Under the pieces are notes generated by a model. That model saw only the letters and a program-made list of their open reading frames with translations, was not told where the DNA came from and searched no databases. From the NCBI GenBank assembly GCA_051001875.1, contig JBPCMW010000031.1, forward strand, positions 1-63,790: 63,790 bases of DNA. Reading direction: 5' to 3'. Below are positions 25,916 through 35,016 of the stretch, piece by piece. The position numbers and the translations under genes were made by a program. Position 1 is the first letter of the stretch; every line of letters starts with the position of its first letter. The DNA comes from Solirubrobacteraceae bacterium (GTDB taxonomy: Bacteria > Actinomycetota > Thermoleophilia > Solirubrobacterales > Solirubrobacteraceae).

Positions 25916-28813
25916 CTAACGCAGACCGTGCCCTTGGATCTCCACGACCTGCTGGAAGGTAGGACGGTTGACCCACTCGATCAGGGGCTGCGTGACCGCT
26001 CCGATGGCCCGGAACTGGATCGAGTCCGAGCACATCTGATCACCGGCGGCGCAGACGCCATCGGCCGGATAAACCTGCGCGGGCGACGCGGCCGCGGCCG
26101 CCAGCAGCGAGGACTCCAGCGCAGACCGACACGAGCGCAGAGAGCCGCTCCCGCAGTAGACACGGTTCAGACGTCCGGCGACGCGCTGGCCCAGCGCCGC
26201 ACGCAGATCCTTTTGCACGATCCCGTAGAAGCCGACATCCCAGGAGGAACCGAGGTGCTCACCGGAGGTCCCGTGTCCGGGCTGGTCATTGATCGGGAAC
26301 TCGGCCTGCACCTGGCTCAACAGCGATGTCCCGAGCACCGGTCCGAACTCCGCGTTGACCAACCGCGGCCACCACGCGTCGAGGATCCGGATGGCTGCGC
26401 TCTGCTCGTAGTTTCCCGATGCGCCGGGATGCGCTCGATTGATCCGGTGCGCACCGCTGGCTACCCACGCCTGCAGCTGCCTCACCGCCCCGGCCAGTAC
26501 CGGGTCAGTCGGATGGCCGATGATCCGGAGCGCGTAGGGGAGAACCTCCACCCCGCGTAGGTCCTGGGTCCCGGCGTTGCCCATCGCGTTGATCAGATCG
26601 GTCAACGTGAGCTTGCGCTGGCCGCGGGCGAGATAGTGGTTGATGTTCTGATCGAGCAGCTGCGAGCGGTAGATCGAGGAGAACTGCTGTGCCGTCGCCG
26701 CGTCGTTGTAGCCGGGGGCCTGCTTGTTGTTCCAGCTCGTCAGATAGGACTGATCGACAATGTGCGGATGCGCGCCTTGCGAGGTTTGCGGCGAAGCCGA
26801 CGAGGCGGGTGTCGACGCGGCGGCCGGCGTCAGACCTCGCCACGCGTAGTTCGCCCAGGTGGGGAACAGCGGATTCGTGTGGGCCGCGCGGATCGGGTTG
26901 TGGCCCGAGTTGAAGTACGCGATGTGCTTGTCGTCGGTGTAGAACCAGTTGAACGTGTAGCCGATGGCGTTGGCAGCGTTGAAGAAGGCCTGCGGATTGC
27001 GCATCTGCGCCGGCTCGTTGAAGTGCTCGAATCCGACCACTGAGTCGAGCTCGTGCAGGTAGGTCGAGCGGAGTTTGGTGTACGCCACGGGGCGGCCGTG
27101 GATCCGCGCGCGAGCGATCACCAACCCGTACGCGGTTCGCCGGGACTGGAGGGTGATCGAGCCGGCCGGTGTCGCGTCCGCCAGGTTCGGCTGCCAGGAT
27201 TCGGTGCGAGTGAGCACCTCCATCGGCACGCAGGAGCGGCCCAGCAGGTAATAGTCGGAAACCGGCGACACGGCTCCGCCGGAGGGGCTGCAGAGGGGCA
27301 CCGCGAACGTGTCGACGATGTTCTGACCAGACGAGGTTGCCGACCACGCGTAGTCCTGGCCGTGCCCGAGCTCCACGTATAGATTGACGCCGGGGAACGC
27401 CGCGCCGTTCGCGTCGATCCCCGGGCCGTGGATGTCCTCTTCCATCAGGATCTGCGGGGCGAAATAGGCGACCTGCGGACCCATCACGGCCAGCGGGTGG
27501 CCGCTGACGCTGTGCGCGCCGCTGACGAGCAGTGCATTGGACATGTCGCGCGGGAAGGCCATCAGCCCGGGCCCTGCGTTGGCCGAGGCTCCGAGCGCGA
27601 GTCCGATGCGATGCCCGCGCGCGGAGACCTGGCGCGCGCCGGCCCGCGGCACCGCTCCCGCCACCACCGGATTGACGAACTGAACCGAGCCGGGGTCAGG
27701 CAGCGCCACCGTCGAGCGCACGGCCTTGGTCGGCTTCGGCAGCGTCTGATAGGGGAACGCGTGACCCCGTACGGTGGTCGGCGCTTCGGGATCGGAGGGA
27801 TCGACCAGGCTCAGGAGCGTGGCGAAGCCGGAGTGGTCCGGGCGACGGCGCAGGCGGCGAACCACCCGCTTCCGAGCCGGTGTCTCGGGCGATCCCGCCA
27901 CGGCCCTGCGCTCGACCCCGAAGCGCTGCCTCAGCTGCTCGTAGAGGACCGCGTTGGACAGCTGAGCACCGCCGCCCTTGCCGAAGATCCCACCCACCAG
28001 CGCCGCGATCGAGACGAGGTCCTCGGTGGTGAACGGCTGTGGCCCTTGCAGGATCCCCAGTGCGGCGTACTCGGCGGGCATCAGCAGCGGATTCGACCGC
28101 GCGGCAGCAATGTAGGCGTTGATGCCGGCGACGAAGTTCGCCGCATCGTCGGAGATCTGCGGGCCGTCGGGAAGGTGGGTTCGTCCGTACTGGACCTGAC
28201 TGACGAGGTCCTGGTGGGTGTACGGCTCATTGGACCAAACACTCCGATCCATGGCCACGTTGGCGCCGCCGGCGAACTGCGCCAGGTCGCCCTCGCCCGC
28301 GTGACGCAGCACGTCGATGAAGAACAGCCGGTCCTGACCGGTGGCGTACCCGATCCCGAACATCAGCTCGGCGCGAGTGTCGCCGTAGATGTGGGGCACC
28401 CCGTATTGCTTGTCGCGGATAATCGTCGCGCCCGGCTCCGGCGTCTGAACGCTCTCCACGTTTCCGCTCTGGACGCCGAACGTGGCGTCCTTGTAGAACA
28501 GCCCGATCTGCGACGGCTGGATGTTCGGGGCGGCGGTGGTCAGGTTGGAGTACATCGCCAGCTGATCGCTGTTGTGCGGCGGTCGTGACTTCGCGCTCTC
28601 AAAGCCGGCCAGCTGAAGGAGGTTGACCAGCCCATTGGTTCCGGGCGGCAGAACGTTGCGGAACCCGCGAAAGTCGTTGGTGCCGTAGGGCTGGACCGCG
28701 GCGAGAGCCGAGGACGCGCAGACAGCCCCCGCTCCGGCGAGCATCAACGTCGCGGCGACCGCGCCGCACAGACGCCGTCGACGCCAGTGCGCCATCGCTG
28801 AAGGCAGATCCAT
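25916..28813 (-). CDS. Secreted penicillin acylase / Ntn-hydrolase family protein
   Basis: Signal peptide, IIRDKQYGVPHIYG, GYATGQDRL, SNA nucleophile, SWNNKQAPG, NRPTFQQVV. Confidence 0.9.
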   Translation of the reverse strand: MDLPSAMAHWRRRRLCGAVAATLMLAGAGAVCASSALAAVQPYGTNDFRGFRNVLPPGTNGLVNLLQLAGFESAKSRPPHNSDQLAMYSNLTTAAPNIQPSQIGLFYKDATFGVQSGNVESVQTPEPGATIIRDKQYGVPHIYGDTRAELMFGIGYATGQDRLFFIDVLRHAGEGDLAQFAGGANVAMDRSVWSNEPYTHQDLVSQVQYGRTHLPDGPQISDDAANFVAGINAYIAAARSNPLLMPAEYAALGILQGPQPFTTEDLVSIAALVGGIFGKGGGAQLSNAVLYEQLRQRFGVERRAVAGSPETPARKRVVRRLRRRPDHSGFATLLSLVDPSDPEAPTTVRGHAFPYQTLPKPTKAVRSTVALPDPGSVQFVNPVVAGAVPRAGARQVSARGHRIGLALGASANAGPGLMAFPRDMSNALLVSGAHSVSGHPLAVMGPQVAYFAPQILMEEDIHGPGIDANGAAFPGVNLYVELGHGQDYAWSATSSGQNIVDTFAVPLCSPSGGAVSPVSDYYLLGRSCVPMEVLTRTESWQPNLADATPAGSITLQSRRTAYGLVIARARIHGRPVAYTKLRSTYLHELDSVVGFEHFNEPAQMRNPQAFFNAANAIGYTFNWFYTDDKHIAYFNSGHNPIRAAHTNPLFPTWANYAWRGLTPAAASTPASSASPQTSQGAHPHIVDQSYLTSWNNKQAPGYNDAATAQQFSSIYRSQLLDQNINHYLARGQRKLTLTDLINAMGNAGTQDLRGVEVLPYALRIIGHPTDPVLAGAVRQLQAWVASGAHRINRAHPGASGNYEQSAAIRILDAWWPRLVNAEFGPVLGTSLLSQVQAEFPINDQPGHGTSGEHLGSSWDVGFYGIVQKDLRAALGQRVAGRLNRVYCGSGSLRSCRSALESSLLAAAAASPAQVYPADGVCAAGDQMCSDSIQFRAIGAVTQPLIEWVNRPTFQQVVEIQGHGLR

Positions 28814-28878
28814 TGCTCCTCTTCTCCTGGCCGGGCAGGCTACTACGAGCGCCGAGCCCGGGCGTCGCCCGCCGGGCC

Positions 28879-29874
28879 TCAGGCGGCAGCGGGCGCGGGC
28901 ATGCTCGCCGCAGCCTCGCTCAGCAGCTCCCGCACAACAGTCGGTGAGGGCGCGCGCTGGACCTCAGCCTGGAGCGCCCGGGGTCCGCCGAGCCGCTCCA
29001 CGTACCACGGATAGAACTTGCGCAGGTAGCGTCCGGCGCGCTCGGCGCCCATGTGCTCGCAGGCCCGCTCGATCACCCAGTCGAGCTCGTCCAGGATCTC
29101 GGCTTTCGCCGGCTCAGCCACCCGACCGCCCAGCAGTTCCTCGAACAGCCACGGGTTCCCGAGCGATCCGCGCGCGAGCATCACCGCCGCCGCCCCCGTC
29201 TGCTCGAACGCCGCCTTTGCCTTGGCGGCGGTCCGCAGACCGCCGGAGATCAGGACCGGCACCGGCAGCTCCTCCACCAGCTCGCGAGCCAGCGCGTAAT
29301 CGGGAGTTCCGCTGTGTCGCTGTGAGGCGTGCCTGGGATGGATGCACAGGCCGGCGATGCCGGCGTCGAAGACCAGCCGCCGCGCCACTTCAACGCCACC
29401 GAGGTCCCCAGGCCGCTGTCCCGAGCGCAGCTTGACCGTGACCGGGAGTCCGCTCCCGCGTGCCGCCGCGCGGGCCAGGGCCACCGCGCGGTGGGGATCG
29501 TCGAGCAGCGCGGCGCCCGCGCCGGTCTTGCAGACCTTGGGCACCGGGCAGCCCATGTTGATGTCGATCAGATCGGCGCCCGCCTGCGCGACCGCCTCGG
29601 CTGCGCTGGCCATCACGTCAGGGTCATGGCCGAACAGCTGCACCGACACAGGATGCTCGTCGGGGTGGATCCGCAGCAGCTCGTTCCAGGTCCGTGCGTT
29701 GTGGTGATGGATGGCGAAGCTCGAGACCATCTCCGAAACGGCGAGGCCGGCACCGTAGCGCCGCGCCTGCAGGCGCACGAACCAGTTGCCGATTCCGGCC
29801 AGCGGCGCGAGGGCCACGCGGTTGGCAATCGGGACCGCGCCCAGGGTCCAGCTGTCGGTCAATGTCGGGGTCAT
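28879..29874 (-). CDS. dusB: tRNA-dihydrouridine synthase
   Basis: LAPLAG, SEMVS, QLFG, DINMGCPVPKV, GAALL, VTVKLR. Confidence 0.92.
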   Translation of the reverse strand: MTPTLTDSWTLGAVPIANRVALAPLAGIGNWFVRLQARRYGAGLAVSEMVSSFAIHHHNARTWNELLRIHPDEHPVSVQLFGHDPDVMASAAEAVAQAGADLIDINMGCPVPKVCKTGAGAALLDDPHRAVALARAAARGSGLPVTVKLRSGQRPGDLGGVEVARRLVFDAGIAGLCIHPRHASQRHSGTPDYALARELVEELPVPVLISGGLRTAAKAKAAFEQTGAAAVMLARGSLGNPWLFEELLGGRVAEPAKAEILDELDWVIERACEHMGAERAGRYLRKFYPWYVERLGGPRALQAEVQRAPSPTVVRELLSEAAASMPAPAAA

Positions 29875-29900
29875 GAACGTTTCATGGTACGAATCCGGTC

Positions 29901-31022
29901 ATGGACCTCGCCGCCGCCTTCATGCCCTGGGCTCACGTCGTGCGCGATCAAGTGCCCGGCATGGCCCTGTTCGACGCGCACACCCACATCGGGCAGAACG
30001 ATCCCGACGAGATGAAGCAGACGCCGGAGGAGTTGCTTTCGGTTCTGGCCGCGGCAGACGCCCGGGGGGCGTTCGTGTTCCCGATGCATGAGCCCGGCGG
30101 GTACCCGCCCGCCAATGACATGGTGATCGCCGCGGCCGAGGAAACGGACGGCAGACTGGTGCCCTTCTGTCGCCTTGACCCCAACGACGCTCCGGTGAGC
30201 GAGGCCGAACGCTGCCTGGACAGGGGGGCGAGGGGAATCAAGCTCCACCCACGCGCCGAGCAGTTCACGCTCGATCACCAGGAGGTCCGCAACATCGTCG
30301 CGCTGGCCAACGAGCGCCGGCTTCCCGTCCTGATCCACGCCGGGCGGGGGATTCCCGCGCTGGGACTTCATGCGGTCGAGCTGGCAGGCGAGTTTCCCGA
30401 CGCCCGCCTGATCCTGGCTCATGCCGCGATCTGCGACCTGTCCTGGATCTGGCGGGTGGCTCCGGACCATCCGAACCTCCTGTTCGACACCGCCTGGTGG
30501 ATGCCGGCCGATCTCACCGCGCTGTTCTCGCTCGTTCCTCCCGGCCAGATCCTGTTCGCCAGCGACGCGCCGTACGGCTCCACGGCGATGGCGGCGGCGT
30601 TTCAGCTCCGAATCGCACTGCAAAGCGGGCTGAGCGGCGACCAGATCCGTTGCATCGCCTCAGAGCAGGCGCTCCGGATCGCCGAGGGAGAGCCGCTGAT
30701 CCAGGCCGGAGCGGCGGTCGGCGAACGCGAGCGTCCGCCGCACGCCCTGCTGGACCGGGCGTCCGAGTTTCTGATGCTCGGCGCGCTCGCGACGATGCGC
30801 GGCGGTGACGGTGGCCCCGAGATGCTCGCGCTGGCCCGGCTGGCCTGCGACGTCCCGGAGGAGATCGACGACGCGCCGATCTTCGCCGCGATCTGCAACC
30901 TGATCGACGTCTACGACGAGGCGACCGCCGCGGAGCCGGACAACCGCCGCCGGATCACGCCGCTGATCCTGGGCGTCACGGTGGCACGGACTCCGGAAGT
31001 ACCGATCCCCGCGCTGAGATAG
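29901..31022 (+). CDS. Amidohydrolase family protein (Amidohydro_2)
   Basis: DAHTH, GIKLHP, VLIHAG, ILAH, ILFASDAPY. Confidence 0.88.
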   Translation: MDLAAAFMPWAHVVRDQVPGMALFDAHTHIGQNDPDEMKQTPEELLSVLAAADARGAFVFPMHEPGGYPPANDMVIAAAEETDGRLVPFCRLDPNDAPVSEAERCLDRGARGIKLHPRAEQFTLDHQEVRNIVALANERRLPVLIHAGRGIPALGLHAVELAGEFPDARLILAHAAICDLSWIWRVAPDHPNLLFDTAWWMPADLTALFSLVPPGQILFASDAPYGSTAMAAAFQLRIALQSGLSGDQIRCIASEQALRIAEGEPLIQAGAAVGERERPPHALLDRASEFLMLGALATMRGGDGGPEMLALARLACDVPEEIDDAPIFAAICNLIDVYDEATAAEPDNRRRITPLILGVTVARTPEVPIPALR

Positions 31023-31080
31023 CGGGCGCCTACGGGGATTTGTTCCGCCGGGAGGAACAAATCGCCGGACCTACCCCCCC

Positions 31081-31147
31081 GCCAAGCCGCCGGAGCCGCC
31101 CAAGCCGCCGAAGCCGCCGGAGCCGCCCCGCCGCCGAAGCCGCCGGA
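31081..31147. repeat. Degenerate 9-bp tandem repeat (RAGCCGCCS, about 6-7 copies)
   Basis: Visible array between convergent genes, preceded by hairpin GATTTGTTCC-N7-GGAACAAATC (31037-31063). Confidence 0.7.
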
Positions 31148-31160
31148 CATCGCCGGCGGT

Positions 31161-31937
31161 TCAGTCCTGGTTTCGCTCCCAGATCAGCCGGAGCCCGATC
31201 AAGGTCAGCAGGTCATCGACCTCGTCGATCGTCTCCCGGGTGAACGGCACCAGTGCGTCCGCGAGCCCGCCCGTGGCGATCACCGTGGCATGTTCTCCCA
31301 ATTCGGCCCGCAGCCGCCCGACGATTCCCTCCACCTGGGCGGCGAACCCGAACACGATCCCGCTGCGGATCGCATCGACCGTCGACTTCCCGATCAGCGA
31401 CCTGGGTTCACCGAGCTCGACCTTCGGCAGCTTGGCCGCTCGCTCGTACAGTGCATCGATCGAGATCTCCGCCCCCGGGGTGATGATCCCCCCGAGGTAC
31501 TCACCCGCATTGGAAACCGCGTCGTAGGTGATTGCGGTACCGAAGTCGACGACCACGCACGTGTCCTGCACCCGTTCGTAGGCGGCGACCGAGTTGACCA
31601 GCCGGTCGGCCCCCACCTCACGCGGATTGTCGATCCGGATCGGCATCCCGGTGCGGATCTGGGGACCCACGACGAGCATCTCGTGCTCCAGGTACCGGCG
31701 AGCCATGGCCGTCCACTGCTCGGAGAGCTGCGGAACCGTCGAGGAGACGATCGAGCTGCCGATCTCCGAGAAGCCCATGCCCCGCAGGCCCAGCAGGTTT
31801 GATAGCGCGGCCCCGAGCTCATCGCTCGTCGACTCGCGGACCGTGGCGAAGCGCCAGTGCTCGGTCACCGTGTCGTCGTCGCCGGCGTACACGCCGAAGT
31901 GCGTCTGGGTGTTTCCGACGTCGACCACGAGCAGCAT
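31161..31937 (-). CDS. coaX: Type III pantothenate kinase
   Basis: DVGNT, SSTVP, EVGADR, VVDFGTA, GG.I.PG, IATGG, LTLIGL. Confidence 0.96.
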   Translation of the reverse strand: MLLVVDVGNTQTHFGVYAGDDDTVTEHWRFATVRESTSDELGAALSNLLGLRGMGFSEIGSSIVSSTVPQLSEQWTAMARRYLEHEMLVVGPQIRTGMPIRIDNPREVGADRLVNSVAAYERVQDTCVVVDFGTAITYDAVSNAGEYLGGIITPGAEISIDALYERAAKLPKVELGEPRSLIGKSTVDAIRSGIVFGFAAQVEGIVGRLRAELGEHATVIATGGLADALVPFTRETIDEVDDLLTLIGLRLIWERNQD

Positions 31938-31975
31938 TGCGGGCGCATTATCCCCCGCCCCGGCCGGATGAGACC

Positions 31976-32473
31976 TCAGATCAGCGGCGGCCCGGCGAGC
32001 CGGACCTCCTGCCCGGGACCCAGCGCCGCGAGCGCGTCCTTCAGAGCCACGCCGTCCGGAAGTGTCAGCTCGGGCTCGAGCTCGAGCAGCGGGACGAGCA
32101 CGAAACGCCGGGAGCGCACCTCGGCGTGCGGCAGCCGCAGACGCGGGGAGACGTACTCCAGCGCGGCCAGCAACAGCACGTCCACGTCGATCACGCGGGG
32201 GCCGTGGCGGATCCCGCCGGCCGCGCGGCCGACAACGCGCTCGACCTCCTTGCAAGCATCGAGCAGCGCCTCGGGCGCGTGCTCGGTATCAACCTGCAGG
32301 CAGGCGTTGAGAAACTCCGGCTGGTCGAGCACCAGGCCGACCGGCTCGGTCTCATACACCGAGGAGGAGCGCCGCACATCGACCCCCTGGGCCGGCAGCT
32401 CGGCGATCGCGGCCGCGAGGTGGGCGCGACGGTCCCCGATGTTCGACCCGAGCCCAAGGAAGCCGACGCTCAC
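31976..32473 (-). CDS. folK: HPPK
   Basis: LGLGSNIGDR, SSVYETEP, FLN, GPRVIDVDVL, LPH...RRFVLVPL. Confidence 0.96.
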   Translation of the reverse strand: MSVGFLGLGSNIGDRRAHLAAAIAELPAQGVDVRRSSSVYETEPVGLVLDQPEFLNACLQVDTEHAPEALLDACKEVERVVGRAAGGIRHGPRVIDVDVLLLAALEYVSPRLRLPHAEVRSRRFVLVPLLELEPELTLPDGVALKDALAALGPGQEVRLAGPPLI

Positions 32474-32517
32474 TTGCCGACGCTCACTTGCCGACGCTCA
32501 CTCGCCGACGCTCACTC
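32462..32517. repeat. 14-bp tandem repeat x4 at the folB/folK junction
   Basis: GCCGACGCTCACTT x2 then GCCGACGCTCACTC x2. Confidence 0.95.
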
Positions 32518-32943
32518 AGCTTCGCGCCACAGCTCGACCGAGACCTCGCTCACCGGCAGGGCGAGCGGCGGCTCCGGCTTGGCCGCCTTCACCCACACCG
32601 AATGTGTGTCGTATTGCGCGAGCAGCCGGTCCGCGATCGCCGCACACAGTCGCTCGAGTGTCTTGTAGGAGCGCTGCTGGGCGACGAGGTTGACAGCGTC
32701 GCACACCTGCCCGTAATCGATCGTGTCCTCGATGCGGTCGGTGACGGTGGCGTCGCACTCCCCCACCTCGAGCCGGAGGTCCAGGAGCAGGCGCTGACCC
32801 ACCTCGCGCTCGGCCGCGCTGACGCCGACGTGAGTGAACAGCGAAAGGCCGCTGACCTCGATCGCGACCTCAGGACCCGGGCGCTCCTCCCCGTCGTCGT
32901 CGTCCGGATCTACCTCGTCGAACTCGTCGCCGTCGGGGTCCAT
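32512..32943 (-). CDS. folB: Dihydroneopterin aldolase with acidic N-terminal extension
   Basis: HVGV...EREVGQ, D.IEDTIDY, TLERL, KPEPP. Confidence 0.94.
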   Translation of the reverse strand: MDPDGDEFDEVDPDDDDGEERPGPEVAIEVSGLSLFTHVGVSAAEREVGQRLLLDLRLEVGECDATVTDRIEDTIDYGQVCDAVNLVAQQRSYKTLERLCAAIADRLLAQYDTHSVWVKAAKPEPPLALPVSEVSVELWREAE

Positions 32944-33770
32944 TGCGGGCTGACCGTAGCAGCAGCAACCTGTAGCGCGTCATGCACGGGCGCGACGTCG
33001 TGGACGCGGAAGACTGTGGCTCCGCGCTCATACGCCAGCACGTTCGTGGCGATCGTGCCTGCGATTCGGTCGTCCACGTCGCGTCCGGTGAGCTTGCCGA
33101 TGAACGACTTGCGTGAGGTCCCGACGACGACCGGGCGCCCCAGCGCGACCAACTCGTCCAGGCGGCGCAGCAGCTCGAGGTTGTGGGCGACGGTCTTGCC
33201 GAAACCGATCCCGGGATCGAGCAGGATCCTGTCCTGCGCGATGCCCGCCGCGACGGCCACCGTCATCCGCTCGCCGAGAAACGCCTTGACGTCGTCCACC
33301 ACATCGTCGTAGCTCGGATCGAGCTGCATCGTCCGCGGATCGCCGAGCATGTGCATCAGGCAGAGCTCCACCTGTCGCTCGGCGACCAGCCCGGCCATCA
33401 GCGGGTCGCCGCGCAGGGCCGTTACGTCGTTGACCAGGCTCGCCCCGGCGTCGAGCGCCGCCGCCGCGACGGCCGCCTCCGAGGTGTCGATCGAGATCCG
33501 GGCGCGAGTCCCGGCCGAGACGAGCGCCTCGATCACCGGAATCACGCGGCGAAGCTCCTCCGCCGCGGGCACGGGCATCGCCCCCGGGCGCGTTGACTCG
33601 CCGCCGATGTCGAGAATCGTCGCACCCTCTCGCTCGAGCTGGAGTCCGTGGGCGGTGGCCGCCGCGGAGTCGAGGTAATGGCCGCCGTCCGAGAACGAGT
33701 CAGGGGTGACGTTGACCACCCCCATCAGGTCGAACTGCCCGTCGGGACCCGGGCCGCCTGGGCGGCTCAC
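32910..33770 (-). CDS. folP: Dihydropteroate synthase
   Basis: MGVVNVTPDSFSDGG, DIGGESTRPGA, LDPGIGFGK, GTSRKSF, FRVHDV. Confidence 0.97.
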   Translation of the reverse strand: MSRPGGPGPDGQFDLMGVVNVTPDSFSDGGHYLDSAAATAHGLQLEREGATILDIGGESTRPGAMPVPAAEELRRVIPVIEALVSAGTRARISIDTSEAAVAAAALDAGASLVNDVTALRGDPLMAGLVAERQVELCLMHMLGDPRTMQLDPSYDDVVDDVKAFLGERMTVAVAAGIAQDRILLDPGIGFGKTVAHNLELLRRLDELVALGRPVVVGTSRKSFIGKLTGRDVDDRIAGTIATNVLAYERGATVFRVHDVAPVHDALQVAAATVSPQWTPTATSSTR

Positions 33771-34051
33771 CGCTCGCCCTCGTCGGGCCAGCGCCCGTGA
33801 TCGTCGAAGTACTCCCGCGCGTGTTCCTCGGTCTCACGATCACGGTTGCTCTGGATGCTCAACCGGAACATCCAGTTGATCATCCACACGATCAGGGCAA
33901 TCACCACCAGGCCCACGCCCGCGCCGGCCAGGGGCGTCCGCGCGTGTCCGAGCACGATCGCCACCACTCCGACGAGCACGATCATCACCGGCAGCCACAA
34001 CCTGGTGAGGGTCAGCATCACGCCTGGAGGGCTTCCGCTGCGATCGCTCAC
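33767..34051 (-). CDS. Small 2-TM membrane protein
   Basis: Two hydrophobic helices then RDRETEEHAREYFDDHGRWPDE; GTGA overlap with folP. Confidence 0.75.
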   Translation of the reverse strand: MSDRSGSPPGVMLTLTRLWLPVMIVLVGVVAIVLGHARTPLAGAGVGLVVIALIVWMINWMFRLSIQSNRDRETEEHAREYFDDHGRWPDEGER

Positions 34052-34069
34052 CAGCGGATAATGGTCTGA

Positions 34070-35011
34070 ATGCGCATGCTCGGGCAAGCACGTTACCTCG
34101 CGGACTTCGTGCGGTTCGTCGCCACGAAGCCCGGTCAGGAACGCGAAGACTCGCAGGCACTGCGTGAGCTCGAGGCGGCGGCACCGGTATTTCCGGACGG
34201 CCTCGAGGTGGAATGGCTCGGGGTCTCCGGCTACCGGATGGCCTACGAGGGCCAGACGCTGTTCATCGATCCATACATTTCCCGTGTCCCGCTGACCACG
34301 TTGCTGCGCCGCCAGCCGGCGCTGCCCGACGTGTCGCTGATCGACCGCTACCTCGGCAGCCCGCGCCTGGTCGCCGGCGTGCTGGTCGGTCACACGCATT
34401 TCGATCACGCGGTCGATGCCCCAGCGATCGCCCGCCGTTTCCGGTGTCCCGCGTTCGGATCAAGCTCGCTGGTGGCGCTGATGCAGCTCCACGGTGCCGG
34501 CGAGCAGGCGGTCGAGATCGAGGCCTACCGCCGTTACGAGCTCGGTCCGTTCACGGTCAGCTTCACGCCCAGCCTGCACTCCAAGCTGGTGCTCGGCCTG
34601 GCGGTCCCGTTCGACGGCGAGCTCAGCTGCGAGCACCTCGACGCGCTCACCCCCGGTGCCTACCGCTGCGGACAGGTGTGGGGCATCCGGATCGAGGTGG
34701 CCGGCGTCAGCTTCTACCACCAGGGCAGCGCGAACCTGATCGACGACGCGATCCGCGAGCGCGGGGTCGACTACTTTCTCGCCGGAGTGGCCGGCCGCGG
34801 CTTCACAAGGGACTACTGGCGCCGCATCATCGGGCGGCTCGAGCCGCACACGATCGTGCCGACCCATTACGACGACTTCTTCCGCCCGCTCCAGGCTCCG
34901 ATGGGGTTCACCACCAATGTCCACCTGGCGCGCGTCCCGGACGAGGTTCGCGGCGTCAGCGCCGACCTGCGGGTTGCGGCGCTGCCGCTGATGGGTACGA
35001 CGCCCGCCTGA
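34070..35011 (+). CDS. MBL-fold metallo-hydrolase (UlaG-like)
   Basis: WLGVSGY, FIDPY, GHTHFDH, PTHYDDF. Confidence 0.9.
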   Translation: MRMLGQARYLADFVRFVATKPGQEREDSQALRELEAAAPVFPDGLEVEWLGVSGYRMAYEGQTLFIDPYISRVPLTTLLRRQPALPDVSLIDRYLGSPRLVAGVLVGHTHFDHAVDAPAIARRFRCPAFGSSSLVALMQLHGAGEQAVEIEAYRRYELGPFTVSFTPSLHSKLVLGLAVPFDGELSCEHLDALTPGAYRCGQVWGIRIEVAGVSFYHQGSANLIDDAIRERGVDYFLAGVAGRGFTRDYWRRIIGRLEPHTIVPTHYDDFFRPLQAPMGFTTNVHLARVPDEVRGVSADLRVAALPLMGTTPA

Positions 35012-35016
35012 GAGGG

